Program-made: the position numbers and the translations under genes | Notes under the pieces: generated by a model | Database searches by the model: none | Told to the model about the DNA's origin: nothing | Seen by the model: the letters and a program-made list of their open reading frames with translations, nothing else | Shown here: piece after piece, positions 30,098 to 39,231 of the stretch | Numbering within the stretch: the stretch's first letter is position 1 | Layout: each line of letters starts with the position of its first letter | Origin: Candidatus Multivoradales bacterium | GTDB taxonomy: Bacteria; Acidobacteriota; Thermoanaerobaculia; Multivoradales; JAHEKO01 | Assembly (NCBI GenBank): GCA_965223855.1 | Contig: CBDCXM010000009.1 | Coordinates: 2,320,900-2,384,899 of the forward strand | Direction: 5' to 3' | Length of the DNA: 64,000 nucleotides

Positions 30098-30637
30098 CTA
30101 GGTGCAAGGTCCGAGAAATGCGATCAACGAACCAGCGACACCTTCCCGTCGCAGGCATTGGGGATAAGCGGACTCGCCGAACTCGTCGAACGCTTCAGGG
30201 CAGGGCACAACAAAGAGCGGGGGGAGATCCGGTTGCTGCGACTCCGAGAGGCGGCCGTCTGGCGACACCCAGATGGCCTCGTCGGCCATGGAGCTCGGAG
30301 AGAGGATCAACTGCTCGCCGCTGATACCGAGAGGGTGAGTGTCAATGGGCACGGGCCAGCTGCGAACGACTCGCCCAGCCTCGTCGATCTGATAAGCCCA
30401 TTCGTGCTCCAGCCAGTCGAGACCGAGGGGAACGGCCGGAACCGACAGGGTGATCGTGGCTCCACAAGGATGGTCGGGGTGGGCCTCGACCTCCGGAGGA
30501 GGCTGGGACTCGCCCGCCCAGAAGGTCACTGTCACCACTTCCGGCTCCACCACCTCCGGCTCCGGCGACGTGCAACCGAGAAGGGCGAGGGCCAGCAGAC
30601 AAGGACCCGGCGAGCTCCGGAACGCCTCCAGTTTCAA
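30098..30637 (-). CDS. Hypothetical lipoprotein
   Basis: LALLGC lipobox; TTG start overlaps upstream stop. Confidence 0.55.
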   Translation of the reverse strand: MKLEAFRSSPGPCLLALALLGCTSPEPEVVEPEVVTVTFWAGESQPPPEVEAHPDHPCGATITLSVPAVPLGLDWLEHEWAYQIDEAGRVVRSWPVPIDTHPLGISGEQLILSPSSMADEAIWVSPDGRLSESQQPDLPPLFVVPCPEAFDEFGESAYPQCLRREGVAGSLIAFLGPCT

Positions 30638-31164
30638 GCCGTCCTGGCCGGCAGGAACCTGCTATTCCGCAGCAGCGCCGCCGAGATCAGCGAGACCACC
30701 AGCCCGAACGGGATAATCTCGAGAGAGGTCATGAAGACTCGCATCAGTGGGTTGGCGGTGCGCTCCTTCATCGTCTCCATCTGCGTCACGATCGCCTCGA
30801 GCTCCGCACCAGTGACCCCCGCGGCCTCCTGGCTCTCGATGTAGCTCGCCACGAAGTCGTCGATGAAGGTGTAGCCGGTCGAGGCGAGGAAGATCTCCCA
30901 GACGACGACGTAGGCGACGCCTGCCATCAGGCTCATCCACAGCCCCACCACGAACGCCTGGCCGAAGCGGATCACTCCGCCCAGCTCACTGTCGCGGTAG
31001 CGCTTGATCCCGAAGAAGAGGATGCTGAGGACGACCAGCATGATGAGGAAGCCCCAAGCGCCGCTGACGTGCCCTTCGCGGATCGCGAGCAGCGACCCGA
31101 GGATGAAGACGGCGGCGCACAGCGCTCCTGTGATGGCGCCGAAGACGAGGATGATTCTCTGCAT
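30634..31164 (-). CDS. DUF4199-family membrane protein
   Basis: FFGIKRYRDSELGGVIRFGQAFVVGL; 4 TM. Confidence 0.8.
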   Translation of the reverse strand: MQRIILVFGAITGALCAAVFILGSLLAIREGHVSGAWGFLIMLVVLSILFFGIKRYRDSELGGVIRFGQAFVVGLWMSLMAGVAYVVVWEIFLASTGYTFIDDFVASYIESQEAAGVTGAELEAIVTQMETMKERTANPLMRVFMTSLEIIPFGLVVSLISAALLRNSRFLPARTA

Positions 31165-31265
31165 GTCCTACCTCCTTTTCTGGAGCGGATTGTAGGGACG
31201 GAGGCGACCCTGTACATCGCCCGAACGGGTGATTTCGGGAAACTCGCCCGTTTGGACCAAGGCTC

Positions 31266-31685
31266 TCAGGGCAGGATCTGCAGCAAACGCGCCTTCTGCA
31301 CGGCCTGAGTCCGCCTGGAGACGTCGAGCTTGCCGTAGAGATGCCCGACGTGAGTCTTGACCGTGTGCGGCGAGACGTGGAGCAGTTCGGCGATCTCCTT
31401 GTTCGAGTGCCCGCCCGCCAGGAGCTCGAGCACCTCGAGTTGTCGATCGCTGATGCCGAGCGACTGGATCGCCTCCTGGTTGAGCTCGAAGTTGCCGGCC
31501 GATCGGCGAGGCGTGAGCCGGAAGCCGATCCAGACGCCGAGGGCGGTGAAGCCGACGGCGAGGATCGTGATGTAGGCCTCGGTCGACAGCGCGCGGATGA
31601 GGTGGCGGTACTCGAGCCAGCGTAGGGCCAGAGCCGCCAGGACCAGTGTCGCGGCGTAGGCGATGAGGATGCGGGCCTTGCTCAC
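31266..31685 (-). CDS. Membrane-anchored LuxR-type HTH regulator
   Basis: 2 TM then ISDRQLEVLELLAGGHSNKEIAELLHVSPHTVKTHV. Confidence 0.88.
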   Translation of the reverse strand: MSKARILIAYAATLVLAALALRWLEYRHLIRALSTEAYITILAVGFTALGVWIGFRLTPRRSAGNFELNQEAIQSLGISDRQLEVLELLAGGHSNKEIAELLHVSPHTVKTHVGHLYGKLDVSRRTQAVQKARLLQILP

Positions 31686-31736
31686 AACGTGCCGTCGATT
31701 CTATCGATGGCCCCGGTCCAGGCTCCGGTGCGGGGC

Positions 31737-32747
31737 CTACTGAGCCGGCTCGACCGGGGGCTCGATGCCCAACGATGGATGGTAGAGCGAGAGCACCTCG
31801 CGCATCCGCCGCCGCTGGCGGCGCGTGAACTCTTCGAGACAGGCGTCGTCGCTGTAGTCCATGAAGTTGGTCACCGGGTCGGGCTCATCGTCTTCCAGGC
31901 AGGTGTCGCGGCCGATCGGGCAGCCGTAGGCGGGCTCGGCCTCCGGGGGAGTGTCGAAAACCTCGTCTCCCGGTGCTTCACAGCCGCCTTCGAACGTGTG
32001 GAAGAGGCCCAAGGCGTGGCCGATCTCGTGGACGGCGGTGTGCCCGAGGTCGAAGGGAGCCGCCCGACCGCCGGGGAGGGTCCGGTAGTCGAGGACGATG
32101 CCGTAGAGCGGGCTGTCCTCCGGGTACCACCACGGGTACATGGCGTAGCCGAGCGTACCGCCGTCGGGGTTGCAGGTGTAGACGTTGAGAGTGGTCGTGG
32201 GATCGACGGCCAGGCGCTCGGTCATGCGGACGAACTTCGGTTTCAGCGCTCCGTTGCGCTTGAACGCGTAGCAGCGGTGAAACCAGTGGGGGCGATCGGT
32301 TCGATCAATGCCGGCCAGGGTGAACTGGATGCGCGAGTTGCGGAACGACCGGTTGAGGATGGCGACCTGCTCCTCGATCGCGGCGTCCGAGACGAAGCCG
32401 CGCCCTGCTGCATGGACGACGTGAAACGCCAGGGGAACGATGCGCCGCTGGTGCCGGGGGCCTGGCGCCAGCGCTCGGGCGAGCTCGAGGCTCTCGTCGA
32501 CGAGCCGGCGGAGCTCCGGCGTGCCCTGAGGTGTGGCGCATCGACGTGCCGGCCTGACGAGGCCGGGGCTCACCTCGACCGAGACGTCGGGCGGACCGAA
32601 GACGGTGCTGCTCTCGAGCCAGTCGCGATGCCAGCCGTCTGACGGCGGATTGGCCCCCTCGTCGGCGACGGTGGGAGCGGCTGCCAGACAGAGCGACAGC
32701 GCTACCAGAAACCGGAGGGATCCGGCGGGGCGGGAACGGGGTTGCAT
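31737..32747 (-). CDS. Secreted M43 (pappalysin/ulilysin-like) zinc metalloprotease
   Basis: HEIGHALGLFHTF, Met-turn NFMDY. Confidence 0.88.
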   Translation of the reverse strand: MQPRSRPAGSLRFLVALSLCLAAAPTVADEGANPPSDGWHRDWLESSTVFGPPDVSVEVSPGLVRPARRCATPQGTPELRRLVDESLELARALAPGPRHQRRIVPLAFHVVHAAGRGFVSDAAIEEQVAILNRSFRNSRIQFTLAGIDRTDRPHWFHRCYAFKRNGALKPKFVRMTERLAVDPTTTLNVYTCNPDGGTLGYAMYPWWYPEDSPLYGIVLDYRTLPGGRAAPFDLGHTAVHEIGHALGLFHTFEGGCEAPGDEVFDTPPEAEPAYGCPIGRDTCLEDDEPDPVTNFMDYSDDACLEEFTRRQRRRMREVLSLYHPSLGIEPPVEPAQ

Positions 32748-32790
32748 CGGGTGCGCCCGAGGGCGCTCGGTCGGGTCAGTCCACGCCGGA

Positions 32791-33432
32791 TCAGTCGACG
32801 CCGAACTCGGTCAGCTCCACCGGGATCTCGCAGGTCAGGCCGAGGTCGAAGGGGCCCACCGCGCCGTTGAATCCCTGGACCAGAACCAGGTACTCCTGAC
32901 CGTCGGCGCTGACCCAGGTCACGGTCGATCCGCGGTTGAGGGTCGAGCCGGTCGACGAGATGACGCAGTCCGGATGGGGATTGGTGCCGTCCGGGCTGCC
33001 GTCGTCGTTGCCACCGATGCAGTCGTCGTCCAGGGCGCCGCAGTCGGAGGTGAAGACGTTGAGCTTGGTGTCGTAGTCGGTGTTGCCGCCGGTGTCGACC
33101 GAGAAGCAGGTGGTGACCTGCATCTCGCCGCCGTTCCCCTGGATGGAGTACCAGACTCCGGGGGCGGTGATCGAGGTTCCGCAGGTGGGGGGCGCCGGCA
33201 CCTCGTCGGTCGCCGCCGAAGTGCTTCCGGTGAGGATGTCGCCACAGCCGAGCGTGATCGGCGCCGAGCAGTCGTCGTTGGCGGGCGGACCGAGTTGCAG
33301 GATCTCGCGGACGGGGCGGGTCCTTTCGGTGACGCCTCCGAGTTTGATTTCGTCCTGCGCAGTCGCGGCTGCTGCGAACGCGGCGATCAGAAGAGTCGCC
33401 AACGCCAGATGCCGAAGATGGATGGTCTTCAT
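32791..33432 (-). CDS. Secreted hypothetical protein (PPC-like domain) with C-terminal PVEL motif
   Basis: Signal peptide from ATG 33432; PANDDC, GVWY, YDTKLNVF, NDDG; ends IPVELTEFGVD. Confidence 0.7.
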   Translation of the reverse strand: MKTIHLRHLALATLLIAAFAAAATAQDEIKLGGVTERTRPVREILQLGPPANDDCSAPITLGCGDILTGSTSAATDEVPAPPTCGTSITAPGVWYSIQGNGGEMQVTTCFSVDTGGNTDYDTKLNVFTSDCGALDDDCIGGNDDGSPDGTNPHPDCVISSTGSTLNRGSTVTWVSADGQEYLVLVQGFNGAVGPFDLGLTCEIPVELTEFGVD

Positions 33433-33734
33433 GCTGTCTCCCCTCGAAGCGAGTCGTTGGGTCTGATGGGCGGGATGTGAAGGGAATTTATCATGCGCTC
33501 GAGTGCGCGCTCCCGGCTCGGCACTCCCCTGCGACGTGTGAAGCACGACAAGCGACCCGCGTCGTTGTTTTGCCTCGACATTGGTAGGAATCATGAGACT
33601 GATTTGACGTTGCTGCCTGGACGAGGTCGGGACGTGCGGTTGGCGGTGTGGCTCAGGCCCGGGCCCCGGAACCGACAGCGGTCCTGGTTGCGGTCCACAA
33701 ACCTCCTGGGAGATCAGAGGCCGATACCCGAGGC

Positions 33735-35543
33735 TCAGTCGCCGTGGTCGCCGCCAGGCCGCGGCATCGGGAGCAAGCCGTCGGGAGCGCCGAGAGTGTC
33801 CTCGGGCACTTCCGGTGCCGCACCCACCCTGCGGAACTCACCCCGCACCAGGCCCTGACTCGGGTTACGGATGGTGAGCGTGTCGTCCTGGCAGGTGTAG
33901 TCGAACGTCATGTTGCGTTCCTGCCCTTCCGCCACGAGGTCTTTGTCGGTGTCGAGCGGGCCCGACCCGCCTCGTCCGGCGGAGGAGGTTCGGGTCATCT
34001 TTCCGCGGGAGACGTCGCGCTCCTCGCAGACGTAGAGCTTGCCGTCACCGGTGCCCCAGAAGCCGAGTCCGGCGTTGACGGAGTAGCTCGTCACGGTTCG
34101 TACCCACTGGTCGCCTTCGCGCTCGATCATGTCCATGTGGAACGGCTGGTCCGAGCGGAATCCGCGGTTGTCGAAGAAGGTCCAGACCGGCGGCGGCTGA
34201 TCGACGGCGAGGAGCTCGACGCTGGCGGCCATCGCGTGGTCGGGTGCCACGAAGTTGACGTCCTGCCAGCGGCCGAGCAGGCACGGATCCAGACCGTCGG
34301 GCAGGTGGTCGCAACTCCGGATGCAGGAGTCACCGGCCTTCTCGAACCGCACTTTGAGTGGCACTTCGTCGGGGTCGATCCCGTAACCGACGAGGACGAA
34401 CGGCTCCGTCTCGCCGCACACCGTCTCGAGCGTCAGCGGCCCGTCGAGCGGGATCCACAGGCCGTCCGGGTCGCCGTTCTCGAGCACCCCGGAGACGAAG
34501 CCGTCGCCCCCCTCGGGAAGCGTCAGCCGCCACTGGCCGGGCCCCAGCACGAAGCCGGAGCGGGCGAGGCGGCCGAACTTGCGGACGAAGGACTCTTCTT
34601 TGTCCTCGCGGATGTGGGTTGTCGGCCGCGAGTCGCGCCGGCTGGGAAGCACACGCCGGCCGTCGGGCAGGCGGATGTGGAAGGCCGAGTAGCGGGTCGC
34701 GAAGTCGAGCCAGTCCTGATCCTCGAGCGTGTCGAGGATGGAGGCGACCGAGTCCCCGTGGCCGTCGAGGCGGCGCAGGTAATCCATCGTGGCCCGGGCT
34801 CCGTAGGCCTCGGCATGCCAGGCGAAGACCGGCCATGCCCCGTAATCCATCTTGCGGATGTCGAGGTGCCGGTGGCGGAACTCGAACCACAACAGCCAGT
34901 TGTGCGCAGCGTTCCCTTCGTCCAACGGCACGTTCGGAATGGCCGAGAAGGCGAACCAGTTGGCACCGCCTTCCAGATACCAGGAGAGCGGGTCGTCGTC
35001 CTCTCCGGTGGCGTCCTCCCAGTAGGCGGTGCCGAAGGTCTGGTCCTGAATGCAGTGGAAGAGCTCGTGGGCCACGATGCGCGACAGTTCGATCGACCCG
35101 CGCCCGTGCCCGTGAGGCGAGATCGCGATGTAGCACCGGTTGTTCCTGACGTCCGATTCGCCATTGGTGGTGGAACTGGCGCCCGACTGGTCGGTCAGCA
35201 CCACCCGCACGTGGCGGCCGACACTCACGTCGGAGCCCAGCTCGGCGGCGAACGTCACCGCTCGATGCAGGGCGTCGTGCACTGCCTGCGCCTGCTCGTC
35301 GCTGACCTCCACCCCCTGTTCGTAGAGGTCGTAGGCGAGCGCCTGCAACGTTCCCCCGGAGCCCGTGACCGGGTTCGGCAGCGGGGCGTTGTCGATCACC
35401 GAGTAGCAGTCGCCACCGAACGTCCGCCCCCACAGCGACGGATCGTCGTCGGGCAGGAACAGCTCAGGCGCGCAGGTGCCCCGAGCCGACGCGCTGCCGG
35501 CCACCAGGGCCAGGGTCATGAGGAGGGTTGCTGTCTTCGTCAT
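33735..35543 (-). CDS. Secreted gluzincin-like metallopeptidase
   Basis: Signal from ATG 35543; VAHELFHCIQ...WYLEGGANW. Confidence 0.7.
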   Translation of the reverse strand: MTKTATLLMTLALVAGSASARGTCAPELFLPDDDPSLWGRTFGGDCYSVIDNAPLPNPVTGSGGTLQALAYDLYEQGVEVSDEQAQAVHDALHRAVTFAAELGSDVSVGRHVRVVLTDQSGASSTTNGESDVRNNRCYIAISPHGHGRGSIELSRIVAHELFHCIQDQTFGTAYWEDATGEDDDPLSWYLEGGANWFAFSAIPNVPLDEGNAAHNWLLWFEFRHRHLDIRKMDYGAWPVFAWHAEAYGARATMDYLRRLDGHGDSVASILDTLEDQDWLDFATRYSAFHIRLPDGRRVLPSRRDSRPTTHIREDKEESFVRKFGRLARSGFVLGPGQWRLTLPEGGDGFVSGVLENGDPDGLWIPLDGPLTLETVCGETEPFVLVGYGIDPDEVPLKVRFEKAGDSCIRSCDHLPDGLDPCLLGRWQDVNFVAPDHAMAASVELLAVDQPPPVWTFFDNRGFRSDQPFHMDMIEREGDQWVRTVTSYSVNAGLGFWGTGDGKLYVCEERDVSRGKMTRTSSAGRGGSGPLDTDKDLVAEGQERNMTFDYTCQDDTLTIRNPSQGLVRGEFRRVGAAPEVPEDTLGAPDGLLPMPRPGGDHGD

Positions 35544-35572
35544 TGGGGGGAGGCTTGCCTCAGCCGTGAGCC

Positions 35573-36265
35573 TCACGGAATCCGCTCCGGCGCGGCTCGC
35601 AGCAGCGAGATCCCGAAGATGGAGAACCAGAGCATGTGGAGAGGTCCGGCTCCCATCGAGGTGATCCCCAGGATCGGGACCAGACCCTGGAACATCTGCG
35701 TGACCGCGAAGACGCCGCACAGCATCCCCAGCCAGCAGACCCATCGCGGGACGATGCCGTGGCGCAGTGCGACCCAGGCCATCATGGCGCTGCCACAGGC
35801 GACCACCAGAGCCGGCCCGACGAAGGCGGAGAGCGCCAGGTACTGGACCTGGAAGATGTCGACCACGGCCAGCACGCTCGGCTGTAGGGGATCCTGCTTC
35901 AGCGAAAGCCACCACATCAGGCCGACTTGCGTCGCGAAGCCCGCCACGGCGACCGGAATACCCACCGAATAGCCGAGCAGGGAGAGGGCACGGCGCCAGT
36001 CGTCTTCGAACCGTCGGTGGAAGAGGCAGCGGGCGCAGCCGAGCATACAGACGAAGCCGGCCACGAGGCTGCTCATCGCCAGCCTCCACCCGACCGGATG
36101 CACGCGGACCGCCTCGATCCAGGCGGACGAGTCGCCGCCCCGAAGTGTGTCGACGGCGAACGCATGGCCCTGAGCCGAGCCGACGAACGCGTAGGTGAGC
36201 ACGAGCGGGCCGACGAGCGATCCGAAGACGCCGGCCCAACGGACGGACGCGATCTCCTTGTTCAT
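35573..36265 (-). CDS. Multi-TM membrane protein (DUF4386-like)
   Basis: About 6 hydrophobic segments. Confidence 0.55.
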   Translation of the reverse strand: MNKEIASVRWAGVFGSLVGPLVLTYAFVGSAQGHAFAVDTLRGGDSSAWIEAVRVHPVGWRLAMSSLVAGFVCMLGCARCLFHRRFEDDWRRALSLLGYSVGIPVAVAGFATQVGLMWWLSLKQDPLQPSVLAVVDIFQVQYLALSAFVGPALVVACGSAMMAWVALRHGIVPRWVCWLGMLCGVFAVTQMFQGLVPILGITSMGAGPLHMLWFSIFGISLLRAAPERIP

Positions 36266-36360
36266 GGCAACCTCCGTCGGGAGCCTACAGGACGGGACTG
36301 GTCGTGTTCGCGCGGCAGGCCCCGCCGCTTTGGGCTACGGAAGGGGGATGCGTTGAGGAC

Positions 36361-36810
36361 ATGACGAGTCTTGGGCCAAGGCCGGTGGCACGGAGGTATG
36401 GCGCTGCGGTGTTCATCGGCTCTCCGGGAGCGATCGCGAGCCTAGCGCTGCCGTCTCGTCTGCGGGTTCCGGAAGCTCTCTACTTCGACTTGCTGCTCGT
36501 CCTTGCGGTCGTCGTGCTGGCCGTCAACGGACTCCATGGCTGGCTACTCGCGTGCATTCGAGACAGGGCTCCGGATACCTGGAATGTGCTCGGCCGGCCA
36601 AGTCCGTGGCCGTTCCCGAGGAGTGGGTTGGGCGGTTGGGCTCCGTCGGTGCTTCGAGCTGTCAAGCGCCCCGAGCTGGTGAAGTCGCTGGAGAAAAAGG
36701 ACGCCGGCTTCCGATGGATCTTCACCACGCTTCGCTGTCTGAGCGGGCTGGGCAAGGTTCTCTTTGCGTTGCTCCTGCTCGCCTTTGTCTTCATCGAAAG
36801 GGCACCCTGA
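36361..36810 (+). CDS. Small membrane hypothetical protein
   Basis: 2-3 hydrophobic segments; GAGGA upstream of ATG 36361. Confidence 0.45.
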   Translation: MTSLGPRPVARRYGAAVFIGSPGAIASLALPSRLRVPEALYFDLLLVLAVVVLAVNGLHGWLLACIRDRAPDTWNVLGRPSPWPFPRSGLGGWAPSVLRAVKRPELVKSLEKKDAGFRWIFTTLRCLSGLGKVLFALLLLAFVFIERAP

Positions 36811-36912
36811 CGTCCGATCCTCGTCCGAGACGCGAACCGGGGGCTCCAACCAGACATGCCGCGCGGAAGGTGAGCCGGGACTCTCTCCCTGAGCCGGCCT
36901 TCCGACTGGAAC

Positions 36913-37560
36913 TCAGTCGGCCAGGAGCCGTGCGCGGAGCTCCGAGAGCCTTTCGGCGGCGGAGAAGTTCTCTGCCAGCAGGTACTCGGAGACGAGCCAG
37001 TCGAGCCGGTGGGCGAGGGCGGCATCCAGAGGAAGCATCCCCTGCTCGAGCAGCAGGTAGGGGTGCTCGCCGAGCTTTCGGGCCTGGTCGGCTCTGCCCT
37101 GGCTCTCGTACAGGTGCTGCAGCCGAGCGACGTAGATCGCGACGGAAGACGGCTTGCCGGAAATCCCCGGGGTGGCAGCTGAGCCCGGGCCTCGTGAGAG
37201 GAGCATCTCTACGACGGCCAGCGACTGCATCGACTCCGCGCGCTCGTGGTCGCCGTCGAGGTAGGCGACCAGGCCGAGTTCGTCCAGCGTTTCGGCGAAC
37301 CGCCAGTCTCTGGCTCCGAAGGCTCTTGCAAGGAGCGCACCGGCGCAGAACTCGAGATGGGCAGCGTCGAGGTCGCCCGTTCGGATCGCTTCGATTCCCG
37401 CGAGGTAGTGGCGGTTCCAGGCGGCATCGGTCGACCCTTCCTGGCCCTCCGACGACTCGAGGACGAACTGTCCGTCTCGCCGGCAGGTCTCCGGGACCCA
37501 TCGTTCGAGGGGAGCTCGGTCGCTTTCGTTCTTCCCGCTCTCGGCGGGCATTGCGGCCAT
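36913..37560 (-). CDS. TPR-like hypothetical protein
   Basis: AETLDELGLVAYLDGDHERAE and LQHLYESQGRADQA TPR-type helices. Confidence 0.55.
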   Translation of the reverse strand: MAAMPAESGKNESDRAPLERWVPETCRRDGQFVLESSEGQEGSTDAAWNRHYLAGIEAIRTGDLDAAHLEFCAGALLARAFGARDWRFAETLDELGLVAYLDGDHERAESMQSLAVVEMLLSRGPGSAATPGISGKPSSVAIYVARLQHLYESQGRADQARKLGEHPYLLLEQGMLPLDAALAHRLDWLVSEYLLAENFSAAERLSELRARLLAD

Positions 37561-37576
37561 CGGGGAGGGAGCGAAA

Positions 37577-37775
37577 GGAGTTTCGGTGACAGGATACTTT
37601 TCTTTGCGACGAGGAGTTTCGGTGACAGGATACTTTTCTTTGCGACGGGGAGTTTCGGTGACAGGATACTCTTCTTTGCGACGGCTCTTCTCTTCGCCCC
37701 GTTGCCTCGTCGCGTCTCAGGGCGACGGACCGAGTGGAGTGGAAGGGGAGTTAAGTAACCTGTCACCGAAACTCC
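37577..37775. repeat. Three tandem 36-bp REP-containing units plus one inverted copy (REPIN/BIME-like)
   Basis: GGAGTTTCGGTGACAGGATACT(T/C)TTCTTTGCGACG(A/G) at 37577, 37613, 37649; inverted AAGTAACCTGTCACCGAAACTCC at 37753-37775. Confidence 0.9.
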
Positions 37776-37826
37776 GATGTTGATCCACCACTGCCGACGC
37801 GCAGCTCTCTTGCGAGACTCATCGCG

Positions 37827-39155
37827 ATGCGGCGTGCACTCGACATCGCTGTGCTGGGGTGGTTGGTACTGGCTGCATCCACCGCAGCCCAGCCTCCTTG
37901 CGATCCTCTCCCGCCCCCCGCAGGTCCGGTCGTCGACGTCTTCCCTGCGGACGCCGGCCAGCTTCGCTCGATCGTGGCAGGCGCCGCTGCCGGCACGACG
38001 CTTCTCCTCCACGACGGCTTCTACGACCTGAGCCACGGTGACAGCAACGACCGGCTGAGCTTCCACACCCCCGGCGTGACGCTTCGCTCGGTGAGCGGCA
38101 ACCGCTCGGCCGTAGTCCTCGACGGCGACTACACCACCAACGAGCTGATCAGCATCCACGCCTCGAACGTGACGATCGCCGACCTCACGGTTCAGCGTGC
38201 CTTCCATCACCCGATCCACGTCTCCGGGCAGGCGGGGGCGCCGATCGACGGGGTGGTGCTCCACAACCTGCACGTCGTCGATCCGGGGGAGCAGGCGATC
38301 AAGATCAACGCCGTGGGCGACGGCTACGCGGACAACGGCGTGGTCGAGTGCAGCCTGATCGAGCTGACCGACGTGGGGCGGCTCGAGATCAGGAACAACT
38401 GCTACACCGGCGGCATCGACGCCCACAAGGCGTGGGGATGGGTCGTTCGACGCAACCGCATCACCGGCTTCTGGTGCGACCAGGGACTCTCGGAGCATGC
38501 GATCCATTTCTGGAGCGCCTCACGGGACACGCTCGTCGAGGAGAACGCGATCGCCGACTGCGCACGGGGAATCGGCTTCGGCCTCGGGTCGAGCGGGGCG
38601 GATCGGACGTACGCCGACAACCCGTATCCGGGCGTTGGCTACCTGGGGCATATCGACGGCACGATCCGCAACAACTTCGTCGCCGCCAACGACCCCGCGC
38701 TTTTCGCCTCGGTGTCCGGGTTCGATACCGGAGTCGGGCTGGAGCAGGCCCGCGGCACTGTGGTGTTCCACAACAGCGTGGCCTCGACCGAGGCGCCTGC
38801 ATCTTCATCCATCGAGTGGCGCTTTCCCAACACGCTGGCCGAGATCGCCAACAACCTGGCGAGCGATCGATTGCTCGAACGAAACGGGGGAGTGGCGAGC
38901 CTCGCGACAAACCTCGAGCATGTGGCGTTGTCGTGGTTCACGGATGTGGCGGCGGGGGACCTGCATCTGACTCCGGCAGCGACCGGCGCCGTAGACGGAG
39001 GGACGGCTCTGCCGCCCGGGTTTGCCGACCTCGATATCGACCTCGAACCGCGCGACAGCTCACCGGACGTCGGGGCCGACGAGGTCGGCGACACGATCTT
39101 CGCCGACGGGTTCGAGTCGGGGGATACGTCGGGCTGGTCGGCGACGGTGCCGTGA
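37827..39155 (+). CDS. Secreted right-handed beta-helix protein with C-terminal DGFESGD motif
   Basis: Signal peptide; repeated IRNN / VEEN beta-helix turns; ends DTIFADGFESGDTSGWSATVP. Confidence 0.8.
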   Translation: MRRALDIAVLGWLVLAASTAAQPPCDPLPPPAGPVVDVFPADAGQLRSIVAGAAAGTTLLLHDGFYDLSHGDSNDRLSFHTPGVTLRSVSGNRSAVVLDGDYTTNELISIHASNVTIADLTVQRAFHHPIHVSGQAGAPIDGVVLHNLHVVDPGEQAIKINAVGDGYADNGVVECSLIELTDVGRLEIRNNCYTGGIDAHKAWGWVVRRNRITGFWCDQGLSEHAIHFWSASRDTLVEENAIADCARGIGFGLGSSGADRTYADNPYPGVGYLGHIDGTIRNNFVAANDPALFASVSGFDTGVGLEQARGTVVFHNSVASTEAPASSSIEWRFPNTLAEIANNLASDRLLERNGGVASLATNLEHVALSWFTDVAAGDLHLTPAATGAVDGGTALPPGFADLDIDLEPRDSSPDVGADEVGDTIFADGFESGDTSGWSATVP

Positions 39156-39231
39156 GGGACTGCCCGCAGGGCCTCGGACCCGAGGCGCAGCTGCTCAGGG
39201 CCGAGCGGTGTCGAGGTTCGGCAAGCCAGCG

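Noticed and set aside
37577-37684. 36-bp periodic array as CRISPR or TIGR-type guide array
   Set aside because: Units are head-to-tail and near-identical with no variable spacers; no cas or Nop-domain gene in the window.
8791-38044. CGGTGACAG matches at 8791-8799 (lolA) and 38036-38044 (beta-helix gene) as REP copies
   Set aside because: Both are inside coding sequence (Gly-Asp-Ser codons) and lack the flanking consensus.
24200-38507. Long ORFs 24200-27100(-), 33648-35972(+), 37209-38507(-, with repeated AKKSILSPKL)
   Set aside because: Shadow frames; the peptide repeat merely translates the 36-bp DNA repeat.
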